DNA of 25,861 bases from Candidatus Woesearchaeota archaeon. Its GTDB lineage: Archaea > Nanobdellota > Nanobdellia > Pacearchaeales > GW2011-AR1. This document shows, in pieces, positions 7,384 through 15,230 of the stretch. The stretch is taken from NCBI GenBank assembly GCA_964563945.1, contig CAZLZF010000002.1, positions 1 through 25,861 on the forward strand, in the 5' to 3' direction. Made by a program: the position numbers and the translations under genes. A model generated the notes under the pieces. The model was given only the letters and a program-made list of their open reading frames with translations. It made no database searches and was not told the origin of the DNA. Numbering within the stretch: the stretch's first letter is position 1; each line of letters begins with the position of its first letter.

Positions 7384-7666
7384 AGGAAAGTGCCTCCTTT
7401 CATTGTTCTGCTTTCCTATGCCTTGTTAGGCCCGATTTTTATAATCCGCAGGTAAAAAAACTGATCGCTACCTTTTTTATATGGAAAAACCGCCCCGGAA
7501 AAAAATCTCCGAAGCGGTTATAAAAAATCCTCCTTTCAAGGCATAGGAAGGTGTCCGAAGAACGGCGGACACGACGGCAGAAAAAAAGTCTGAAAAGCCG
7601 TTATAAAAATCCGCTGTTTCAAGGCATAGGAAAACGAGAACAACGGAAAGGAGGAATGATCCCATG
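7381..7666. promoter_or_regulatory. Divergent control region with three copies of a TTATAAAAA(A)TC-N-CAAGGCATAGGAA element
   Basis: Minus copy about 7411-7449, plus copies about 7514-7550 and 7597-7634. 7-bp inverted repeat GTGTCCG/CGGACAC at 7551-7572. 10-bp inverted repeat CATAGGAAAG/CTTTCCTATG at 7381-7420. Confidence 0.7.
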
Positions 7667-8026
7667 ACAAAAAAGGACAAGGCAGTTCTCATTGCAGGGC
7701 TTCAGAAGCTCTCCCAGGACATCGCGGATATCGCTGCGGTACTGGAAGGCGCAGACGCGGCGCCGGCAAAGAAGCAGGACGTACCTGCACAGGACACCGC
7801 CCTGGGGCCGGAACAGGCTGTGGAACCTGAAAAGGCTGAAGAGCCTGCGAAGGTCTACACCTATGAGGAAGTAAGGGCGATCCTTGCGGAGAAGTCCAGG
7901 ACAGGGTTCAGGGCTGAGGTCAAAGCATTGCTTACCGCCCACGGCGTGAAGCAGCTCTCCGACGTCACCGACCCGGAAGTTTATGCCGCCATCGTGGCGG
8001 AAGCGGAGGGAATAGGTAATGGCTAA
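7664..8026 (+). CDS. Conserved phage hypothetical protein preceding DUF2800
   Basis: 120 aa with AAAGGAGG RBS. Ala/Glu/Pro-rich linker, then TYEEVRAILAEKSRTGFRAEVKALL. Confidence 0.8.
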   Translation: MTKKDKAVLIAGLQKLSQDIADIAAVLEGADAAPAKKQDVPAQDTALGPEQAVEPEKAEEPAKVYTYEEVRAILAEKSRTGFRAEVKALLTAHGVKQLSDVTDPEVYAAIVAEAEGIGNG

Positions 8027-9167
8027 ACACGCATACCTTTCCGCCTCAGCGAGTGAACGGTGGCTTAAATGCCCGCCAAGCGCAAAGCTGTGCGCCCAGG
8101 AGGAAGACAGAGGTTCTCCTTACGCCCAGCAGGGCACGGACGCTCACGAGCTCTGCCAGCATCTGGTGGAAACAGCCCTGGGCAGGCCGAGCAAGAACCC
8201 TACCGAAGACCTTACCTATTACGATGCGGAGATGCAGGAATCAGCAGAAGGCTACCGCGACTTCGTGATGGAACAGGTCGAGGCGGCGAAGAAGCTCTGC
8301 AAGGACCCGCTGGTATGCGTCGAGCAGACGCTGGACTTTTCCAAATGGGTGGAGCACGGCTTCGGCACCGGGGACTGCGTCATCGTTGCTGATGACCTGC
8401 TGCACATCATCGATTTCAAGTTCGGGCTTGGCGTGCTGGTAACGGCATCCGGCGAGGACGGCACGGGAAATTCACAGCTGAAATGCTACGCACTCGGTGC
8501 GCTGGATACCTTCGGTGATCTTTATGACATCAAGCGTATCAGGCTCTCCATCTACCAGCCGCGCAGGGAAAACGTGGACACCTTCGAGCTTACAAAGGAA
8601 GAACTCCTGAAATGGGCTGACGAGGTGCTTGCTCCCACCGCCAAACTGGCATACGAGGGCGAAGGCGAATTTGCAGTCGGCGACCACTGCCAGTTCTGCA
8701 AGGCGAAAGCCACCTGCAGGAAACGCGCGGAGTACAGCATGGAGCTTGCAAAGTATGAATTTGCGGATGCTCCCACCCTGGACGAGGACGAGATTGCGGC
8801 GATCCTGCCGCAGATCGACACCCTTATCTCCTGGGCGGAGGACGTAAAGGAATACGCATTAAAACAGGCTCTCGCAGGTGTCCGCTATCCCGGCTGGAAG
8901 CTGGTCGAAGGCAGGAGCAACCGTAAGTACACCAATGAGACCGCTGTGGCGGAGGTCGTATCGAAAGCCGGATACGATCCTTATGAAAAGAAGCTCTTAG
9001 GCATCACCGCGATGCAGAAGCAGTTAGGCAAAAAGAAGTTTGAACAGTTACTGGCGGGGCTGATCATAAAGCCCCAGGGCAAACCGGTATTGGCTCCAAA
9101 TTCAGACACACGTCCGGAGTTCAATACAGCAGCAAATGATTTTATGGAGGATAACGAAAATGAGTAA
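8019..9167 (+). CDS. DUF2800 family Cas4-like PD-(D/E)xK exonuclease
   Basis: HAYLSASASERWLKCPPS, GTDAH, FGTGDCVI...IIDFKFG, NSQLKCYALGA, GDHCQFCKAKATC. Confidence 0.9.
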   Translation: MAKHAYLSASASERWLKCPPSAKLCAQEEDRGSPYAQQGTDAHELCQHLVETALGRPSKNPTEDLTYYDAEMQESAEGYRDFVMEQVEAAKKLCKDPLVCVEQTLDFSKWVEHGFGTGDCVIVADDLLHIIDFKFGLGVLVTASGEDGTGNSQLKCYALGALDTFGDLYDIKRIRLSIYQPRRENVDTFELTKEELLKWADEVLAPTAKLAYEGEGEFAVGDHCQFCKAKATCRKRAEYSMELAKYEFADAPTLDEDEIAAILPQIDTLISWAEDVKEYALKQALAGVRYPGWKLVEGRSNRKYTNETAVAEVVSKAGYDPYEKKLLGITAMQKQLGKKKFEQLLAGLIIKPQGKPVLAPNSDTRPEFNTAANDFMEDNENE

Positions 9168-9744
9168 GAACAACACAGCCAAGAATCCCACCAAGGTTAT
9201 CACCGGTCCCAAGACCGTGATGAGCTATCTGAACGTCAACGAGCCGAAGGTTCCACTCGGCGGAGGTACCCCGAAGTACAGCGTATCGCTGATCATTCCG
9301 AAGTCCGATACCGTGACCATCGCGAAGATCCGCGCCGCCATCCAGGCAGCGTACACCGAGGGTGAAAGCAAGCTGAAGGGTTCGAGCAAGTTCGTGCCCG
9401 CGCTGGAGGATCTTAAGACTCCTCTCCGCGACGGTGACAAGGATCGCAAGGGCGATGAGGCTTACAAGGATTCCTATTTCGTCAACGCCAACAGCACCAC
9501 CAAGCCCGGCGTGGTCGACGGGGACCGCCAGCCCATCCTGGACAGCTCGGAGCTTTACTCCGGCATCATCGGCAGGGCAAGCATCAACTTTTATGCTTTC
9601 AACTCCAACGGCAACCGCGGCATCGCATGCGGCCTGAACAACATCCAGAAGCTCTCCGACGGCACTCCTCTCGGCGGCCACAGCAGGGCTGAGGACGACT
9701 TCGCAGACCTTGACGATGACGACGATGAGGATTTCCTCGGTTAA
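9160..9744 (+). CDS. DUF2815 family phage ssDNA-binding protein (T7 gp2.5-like)
   Basis: KYSVSLIIPK, PLRDGD, FYAFNSNGNRGIACGLNNIQK and an acidic tail ending in F-L-G. GGAGG RBS before ATG 9160. Confidence 0.9.
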   Translation: MSKNNTAKNPTKVITGPKTVMSYLNVNEPKVPLGGGTPKYSVSLIIPKSDTVTIAKIRAAIQAAYTEGESKLKGSSKFVPALEDLKTPLRDGDKDRKGDEAYKDSYFVNANSTTKPGVVDGDRQPILDSSELYSGIIGRASINFYAFNSNGNRGIACGLNNIQKLSDGTPLGGHSRAEDDFADLDDDDDEDFLG

Positions 9745-9750
9745 CACTTA

Positions 9751-9781
9751 CGGAGCGGCGGGCATCCCGTCTGCCGCTCCG
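9751..9781 (+). other. GC-rich hairpin after SSB (stabiliser or weak terminator)
   Basis: Perfect 9-bp inverted repeat CGGAGCGGC/GCCGCTCCG with an inner GGG/CCC pair; no strong U-tract. Confidence 0.5.
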
Positions 9782-9801
9782 CCCCTTTGGAGGATAAGCA
9801 A

Positions 9802-9990
9802 ATGGCAACTGAAGTTATTTATGGTTTTATGGAACAGACCGTGCAGTGGACTTTCATCCTGATCTGCGTCGGATTCTGGTGCATCGGGCTGATCGCAATC
9901 TGGAAGTGGTTCATCGGCGTCATCCGCGGGATGCTCCGCTACCTGTTCCCGAAAAGATTCAGAAAGTATGAGGATAACGACAATGCTTGA
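9802..9990 (+). CDS. Small single-pass membrane protein
   Basis: 62 aa, GGAGG RBS. Hydrophobic WTFILICVGFWCIGLIAIW followed by a basic tail. Confidence 0.6.
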   Translation: MATEVIYGFMEQTVQWTFILICVGFWCIGLIAIWKWFIGVIRGMLRYLFPKRFRKYEDNDNA

Positions 9991-10159
9991 TTATGAGTTC
10001 ATGAGAAATACGGTGATCGCAACAGCCTTCGTGTTCATCATCATGCTGGACATCTGGGGCATCGGCAACATGATCGTGACCTTTGTGAAGTGGATCTGGA
10101 AGAAGACCCATAAGGCAAAGGACGAGCCTGCGGACACCGCAGAAGCAACTGAAGAATAA
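9983..10159 (+). CDS. Small single-pass membrane protein
   Basis: 58 aa, GAGG RBS, overlaps the previous gene. Hydrophobic VIATAFVFIIMLDIWGIGNMIV, then a basic patch and acidic tail. Confidence 0.6.
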   Translation: MLDYEFMRNTVIATAFVFIIMLDIWGIGNMIVTFVKWIWKKTHKAKDEPADTAEATEE

Positions 10160-10169
10160 CCAGAAGATG

Positions 10170-10204
10170 GAGGCGGCAGGAGGAACATTCCTGCCGCTTC
10201 TTTT
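10170..10204 (+). terminator. Intrinsic terminator-like hairpin immediately upstream of the polymerase RBS
   Basis: GAGGCGGCAGGA-N7-TCCTGCCGCTTC-TTTT: 12-bp stem with one G-U. Confidence 0.55.
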
Positions 10205-10217
10205 GAAAGGAATGGAT

Positions 10218-12206
10218 ATGAAGATAGAGAGTTTGTCTTTGGACCTTGAGACGAAATCAAGTGTCGACATCACCAAGTGTGGTGCCTATAAATATGCGGA
10301 AAGCCCGGACTTCGATATCCTGCTTTTCGGCGTTGCGGTAAATGGTGGTGGCGTCATCGTTTATGACCTTGCCTGCGGCGACATCGTCCCCGATGACATC
10401 CTTGCCGCCCTCTCCGATGACAGCGTTGTGAAGTGGGCATATAACGCTTCATTCGAGCGCATCTGCCTTTCCGTATGGCTGCGCAGGAACTATCCGCAGT
10501 ACTTCTCCACCTACAGCATAGAGGGAGACCCCGTGCAGAACTATCTCGACCCGGCATCCTGGAAATGCACCCTGGTCTGGGCGGCATACAATGGCCTCCC
10601 GTTATCGCTGGAAAAGGTCGGTGCCGTTCTCGGATTTGAAGAGCAGAAAATGAAGGAAGGCAAGGAGCTTATAAAGTACTTCTGCTGCCCCTGCAAGCCC
10701 ACCAAGGCAAACGGCGGCCGCACCTGGAACCTGCCGGAGCACGCCCCGGAGAAATGGGCTCTATTTAAGAAATACAACGAGCGGGACGTGCAGGTGGAAA
10801 TGCAGATACAGGAACGCCTGCGCAACTATCCCGTGCCGGACTTTGTCTGGGATGAATATCATCTTGACCAGGAGATAAATGACCGGGGCATCATGATAGA
10901 CCGAACCTTTGTCGAACAGGCGCTTAAGATCGATGAGCTTTCCAACGCCGATCTCACCACCAGAATGCAAAAAAAGACCGGGCTGGAGAATCCCAACTCG
11001 GTCATGCAGATGAAGGATTATTTGAATGAAAACGGCATGGAGGTCGATAGCCTCGGCAAAAAGGAAGTCGCCGCCATGATAAAGACCGCTCCGGAGGCAC
11101 TGGCCGAGGTGCTGGCACTGCGCCTGCAGCTTGCCAAAAGCAGCGTTAAAAAATATCAGGCAATGCAGAATGCCGTCTGCGCTGACAGCCGCTGTCACGG
11201 AATGTTTCAATTCTATGGTGCAAACCGCTCCGGGCGCTGGGCTGGACGGCTTATTCAATTACAGAACCTTCCGCAGAACCATATGGAGGATCTGGAACAG
11301 GCAAGGGAACTGGTGAAGTCCGGCGATTATGAAATGCTGGATATGCTTTACGACTCCGTTCCCGGAGTGCTCTCGGAACTGATCCGCACCGCCTTTATCC
11401 CTCGCCCCGGATACAAGTTCATCGTATCTGACTTTTCAGCCATCGAGGCTCGTGTCCTCTCGCACCTTGCCGGAGAAAGCTGGCGTGCAGAAGTCTTCCA
11501 TAACGGGAGGGACATATACTGCGAGTCGGCATCAAGGATGTTCGGTGTTCCCGTTGAAAAGCACGGTCAGAACTCCCACCTGCGCCAGAAAGGCAAGATC
11601 GCAGAGCTGGCTCTCGGTTACGGCGGTTCCGTCGGCGCACTGAAAGCGATGGGTGCTCTGGACATGGGACTTGAGGAAGAAGAGCTTCAGCCCCTGGTGG
11701 ATATGTGGCGCGACAGCAATCCAAACATCACGGCTTACTGGTGGGCGGTCGATACCGCCGTTAAGACTGCGATAAAGAAGAAAACGCCTGCGAAGGTCGG
11801 TGACATCACTTTTGCCGTCCGAAGCGGCATGCTTTTCATCACACTGCCTTCCGGCAGAAAGCTGGCATATGTGAAACCGAAGATCGGACAGAATAAATTC
11901 GGCGGCGAGTCCGTCACCTATATGGGCATTGACGCGCAGAAGAAATGGAGCCGCATCGAATCCTACGGTCCGAAATTTGTGGAGAACATTGTCCAGGCTG
12001 TAAGCCGGGATATCCTTGCCTATGCCATGCGGACGCTGTCCCATTGCTTCATCTGCGGTCACGTCCACGATGAACTTATCATCGAGTGTGACCCTCGCGT
12101 ATCGCTGGATGCTGTATGTGAGCAGATGGGCAGGACGCCGCCCTGGCTGCCCGGTATCGAGCTTCGGGCTGATGGTTACGAGTGTCCCTTTTATCAGAAA
12201 CAGTGA
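10218..12206 (+). CDS. Phage family-A DNA polymerase with 3'-5' exonuclease domain
   Basis: SLDLET (ExoI), AYNASFER (ExoII), YNERDV (ExoIII), DFSAIEARV (motif A), RQKGKIAELALGYG (motif B), HVHDE (motif C). Confidence 0.95.
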   Translation: MKIESLSLDLETKSSVDITKCGAYKYAESPDFDILLFGVAVNGGGVIVYDLACGDIVPDDILAALSDDSVVKWAYNASFERICLSVWLRRNYPQYFSTYSIEGDPVQNYLDPASWKCTLVWAAYNGLPLSLEKVGAVLGFEEQKMKEGKELIKYFCCPCKPTKANGGRTWNLPEHAPEKWALFKKYNERDVQVEMQIQERLRNYPVPDFVWDEYHLDQEINDRGIMIDRTFVEQALKIDELSNADLTTRMQKKTGLENPNSVMQMKDYLNENGMEVDSLGKKEVAAMIKTAPEALAEVLALRLQLAKSSVKKYQAMQNAVCADSRCHGMFQFYGANRSGRWAGRLIQLQNLPQNHMEDLEQARELVKSGDYEMLDMLYDSVPGVLSELIRTAFIPRPGYKFIVSDFSAIEARVLSHLAGESWRAEVFHNGRDIYCESASRMFGVPVEKHGQNSHLRQKGKIAELALGYGGSVGALKAMGALDMGLEEEELQPLVDMWRDSNPNITAYWWAVDTAVKTAIKKKTPAKVGDITFAVRSGMLFITLPSGRKLAYVKPKIGQNKFGGESVTYMGIDAQKKWSRIESYGPKFVENIVQAVSRDILAYAMRTLSHCFICGHVHDELIIECDPRVSLDAVCEQMGRTPPWLPGIELRADGYECPFYQKQ

Positions 12207-12209
12207 CTG

Positions 12210-12244
12210 AAAAAAGCCTCTCTTCCGGGTGTGGAGGAGAGGCT
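12210..12244 (-). terminator. Terminator between the convergent polymerase gene and defence operon
   Basis: AGCCTCTCTTCC-N6-GGAGGAGAGGCT with an A6 run on the left, giving a U-tract for the minus strand; probably bidirectional. Confidence 0.75.
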
Positions 12245-12248
12245 CGTT

Positions 12249-13145
12249 TTATACTTTCGCAAATTCCCTGAAAACCTTCAGAAGCTCGTTCCAGTATGGC
12301 GGATAATCATTGCTGCCGGAATAAGAGCGTTTCCTGTTTCCGGTCAGGCTGATGTCGAGGCTCCATTGCGTTCCGTCCAGCACGCAGGGATCAACGAAGC
12401 TCTTCTTCCACTCATGCAGATACATCTGGCCATATAGCTTGTTTATTATTCTCTGCCACTTTGCGGGTGTGATCTGGCGGTCATCTGGGACTTCTTCCGG
12501 CTCCAGCATTTTCTGAACACTTACCAGCGCACCTTTATCATTCTTCCTGATCGTAATATCCGTATAGCCGTCGAAGTAGCCTCCGACAGAAAACTTGATG
12601 CAGGTAACGATATCCCGGTAGTCTTCTGCGGTATCATTCTTCGGTGTTATGAGAATTGGCGCTGTAGCAAAATCCTTCTTACAGTCATTGCATTTTCTCG
12701 CCGGCATGGTGTCAACATGATGTCCGTTGATCTCGATGCTGCTGATACAGCAACCTCCGAGAACCCACTTCCCGGCATCCAGCTTTTGCTGCATTTCTTC
12801 GCTGAAAGCCGGATAACCATATATGTACCGAGCGGTATTCTTGCTGCCGCAGCGCGGGCATTTAATCTGCGCCTTCTTGTTCTTAACGATAAAAGTCAGA
12901 TTAAATGGCAGCCCCTCCACCTTATCCTTATGCTCCGACATATCCAGAGTGATGTGGTTTGCCCTCGCCGCCCTGAAAAGGGCATCATGCAGATCAAAAA
13001 GATCGAAGGTTTCCATATCTTCATATCCAAAGGCACGAGCCAGCCGTCCTGTTGTGGTAACTGTTCCGTCCTCGCACTCACGAAGTTCTTCTATCATGCC
13101 TTCCGCTATATGCCGAAGGTCAGCTTTTGAATATTTCTCACTCAT
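12249..13145 (-). CDS. Hypothetical three-part protein with central Zn-ribbon
   Basis: 298 aa from ATG 13145 (GGAGG RBS). CPRCGS...YGYP...LGGCC...CNDC. C-terminal LDGTQWSL...YSGSNDYPPYW domain. Confidence 0.75.
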   Translation of the reverse strand: MSEKYSKADLRHIAEGMIEELRECEDGTVTTTGRLARAFGYEDMETFDLFDLHDALFRAARANHITLDMSEHKDKVEGLPFNLTFIVKNKKAQIKCPRCGSKNTARYIYGYPAFSEEMQQKLDAGKWVLGGCCISSIEINGHHVDTMPARKCNDCKKDFATAPILITPKNDTAEDYRDIVTCIKFSVGGYFDGYTDITIRKNDKGALVSVQKMLEPEEVPDDRQITPAKWQRIINKLYGQMYLHEWKKSFVDPCVLDGTQWSLDISLTGNRKRSYSGSNDYPPYWNELLKVFREFAKV

Positions 13146-14898
13146 TGTCTTCGCCCTCCTTTGGCTCAATGCTGGAATCCATGCCAGCGATAATGTCAAA
13201 CATCTCTCTCGGCACTACGAACGGCTCGGAAAAAGCGTTGATGACGATGCCCTTTACGTTCTTCTCATTATTCCGAGCCAGGATCATTGCCTCCATGAAG
13301 TGCCTCTCCATCTTGGAAAACTGCTCGCCGTATTCTCCCATTTCCGTATCGGAAGTAAATACGGGGAAGAAGAAGTCATCTCCATTCTGGAGGATATCGG
13401 GAACCATTCTTGTCTCGTCATGCGCCACGAAGTTCTGTCCGACCAGCGAATCAAGTCCTTCACCGTCCTTCGCAGCTAAGACCATCTTTTCAAAAGCTTC
13501 ATAATCCGCATCGCTCATGATGGCATTGCAGGGTACCCATACCCAGCTGTCACGGAGAATTTTCGCCAGCTTGATGAGGTTCAGCTGCGTCCTGTTCCTG
13601 TTGCATATCTCCGTGGCTCTTTTCAGGAAAGCACCGCCCTCCAGCAGTTCCGGCGTGATCTTATCGTCCGGGACGGAGTATTCCACATCTCCATCAGCCT
13701 TGAATATCATCTCGATCAGTTCCTTGGCAAGCATAAAGGACTGCCCCCAGGGATTGATGATGAAACCTTCGGCCCCGGTATCAACGCAGGCTTTCAGCAT
13801 ACTGTCGATAAAGTGGGAAAGCACCTGGCTGGGCTCGCCCTTTTCAAACTCTGCCTGGGAAGTGAATACCGCATGCCACATCTTGCCGTCCTTCGTCTGT
13901 ATGGAACGGAAAGCGAACTGGCTATCATCCTCTTCATCCGTAATGACGGGAACGATAAAATGCCCGTCTGCGTGCATTCTGGTACGGATGGCATCCAGAA
14001 CTGCGATCAGATTCTCCTTGCTGGCATCAGCGTGATACTTGCTTATGGCTTCCTCGATCAGCTCGTTTCCATCAAGGAACATATCGTGAAAGCCGTCCTT
14101 GCCTTCGCTGCCGGATGCATCAAAGCGGTCGATCACGGCGAGCATATCATCCGGCAGACGTTTACGGCACTCATTTACCATCTCCGCAGGGATGCCATAA
14201 AACGCCTCCGCCATGCCGCCAGCTATGCAGGTCAGGGTGTCGCAGTCTCCGCCGAGGGAAACAGCTGTGCGGATAACATCTTCAAAGTCCGTGCCTTCCA
14301 TAAATGCCGTGATTGCCTCCGGCACCGTCTGCTGGCATGTCTCCACATGATGGTATCCCGGACGGATCTCATCGCAGGTACGGGAAAGGTCATAGCCAAA
14401 CTCGCTGATGATGTATTCCTTTATCTCCTCTTTGCTGTTGCCATTCCTGGCGAGGAAGATTGCGCTGGCCGTAGCCTCCGCTCCCTTGATGCCTTCCGGG
14501 TGGTTATGCGTAACCTCGGCGGTAAGCCTTGCCATATGCCTGGTCTCTTCCAGAGTGCCGAAAAGCCAGCCTGCGGAAGAAACACGCATGGCAGAGCCGT
14601 TGCCGAAACTGCCGTAAGGCTTCGGATTCTTCTCACGCAGCCACTGATAGAACATCCCGCCATATCCGGCATTAGGATAACGCTTGCCCCACTTCTGCAT
14701 GGACTCCACCAGGGCAGTCCTGATCTCGTCATCGCTCTTTCCGATGGTATCCATCAGAGCCTCCGCCACTGCGATAGTCATAACGGAATCATCCGTAAAC
14801 TGTGACCCTCTGCTGAAAAGTGGGAACTCCTTCGTCTTATTGCCCCTGTCAAATTCATACGGCGCACCGATCATGTCGCCCATTATTGCTCCGATCAT
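13138..14898 (-). CDS. ADP-ribosylglycohydrolase (DraG/ARH family) fused to two SseB-like domains
   Basis: GAIMGDMIGAPYEF, FTDDSVMT, SFGNGSAMR, THNHPEG, SLGGDCDT. C-terminal half has two repeats of a PV...xFTS...GxxINxxx pattern typical of the SseB N-terminal domain. Confidence 0.88.
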   Translation of the reverse strand: MIGAIMGDMIGAPYEFDRGNKTKEFPLFSRGSQFTDDSVMTIAVAEALMDTIGKSDDEIRTALVESMQKWGKRYPNAGYGGMFYQWLREKNPKPYGSFGNGSAMRVSSAGWLFGTLEETRHMARLTAEVTHNHPEGIKGAEATASAIFLARNGNSKEEIKEYIISEFGYDLSRTCDEIRPGYHHVETCQQTVPEAITAFMEGTDFEDVIRTAVSLGGDCDTLTCIAGGMAEAFYGIPAEMVNECRKRLPDDMLAVIDRFDASGSEGKDGFHDMFLDGNELIEEAISKYHADASKENLIAVLDAIRTRMHADGHFIVPVITDEEDDSQFAFRSIQTKDGKMWHAVFTSQAEFEKGEPSQVLSHFIDSMLKACVDTGAEGFIINPWGQSFMLAKELIEMIFKADGDVEYSVPDDKITPELLEGGAFLKRATEICNRNRTQLNLIKLAKILRDSWVWVPCNAIMSDADYEAFEKMVLAAKDGEGLDSLVGQNFVAHDETRMVPDILQNGDDFFFPVFTSDTEMGEYGEQFSKMERHFMEAMILARNNEKNVKGIVINAFSEPFVVPREMFDIIAGMDSSIEPKEGEDNE

Positions 14899-15230
14899 TG
14901 TATTTGCTCCCTCTTACATATACCCAGCTCCAGAAATACCGGGTAAAGATAGCTCGCACCAAACACACCGAGCTTTTTCGGTCCCGATACGCAGCCTTCT
15001 GTTTCCATCAGTTCCAAAGCTTTCTCATATGCCAGCAGCACCGTGTTACGGGTTATCGTTTTTTCCTTGCGATCAATCACCAGCTCGCCCAGCGGTTCTC
15101 CTGTACGGCTGATTTTCTGGTGGTATGTAAACGGCAATCCCCGCGCCGTTTTGAACTCTTCTCCGGCATGAGCCAGGAGCATAGACCAGATCTCGTCATC
15201 CCGCTCATCCGTTACGGTATGGTAGTTCAT
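14895..15230 (-). CDS. Conserved hypothetical protein
   Basis: 111 aa with ATGA overlaps on both sides. FKTARGLPFTY...DRKEKTITR...GPKKLGVFGASYLYP. Confidence 0.75.
   Translation of the reverse strand: MNYHTVTDERDDEIWSMLLAHAGEEFKTARGLPFTYHQKISRTGEPLGELVIDRKEKTITRNTVLLAYEKALELMETEGCVSGPKKLGVFGASYLYPVFLELGICKREQIQ

Larger units (their letters stand above)
1..12206. mobile_element. Prophage / phage-related element: replication module plus start of the packaging region (continues beyond the left edge)
   Basis: Cluster of HNH, RinA/ArpU-like, SNF2, VRR-NUC, primase-helicase, DUF2800, DUF2815 and family-A polymerase genes typical of Firmicutes phage-like elements. No integrase or att site in the window. 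Confidence 0.85.

Noticed and set aside
7514-7634. Assignment of the repeated motif to sporulation sigma-E/K (ATA...CATA)
   Set aside because: Spacing and downstream bases (CATAGGAA) fit the consensus poorly; left as an unassigned motif.
10167-10217. Upstream extension of the polymerase ORF (and of ORFs starting at 1266, 6494, 6742, 9136, 9787, 13199)
   Set aside because: Downstream ATGs have properly spaced RBSs; the extensions run through hairpins or upstream genes.
7450-12244. Active recombinase-invertible segment (phase variation)
   Set aside because: No matching inverted repeats at the two ends and no invertase gene in the window.
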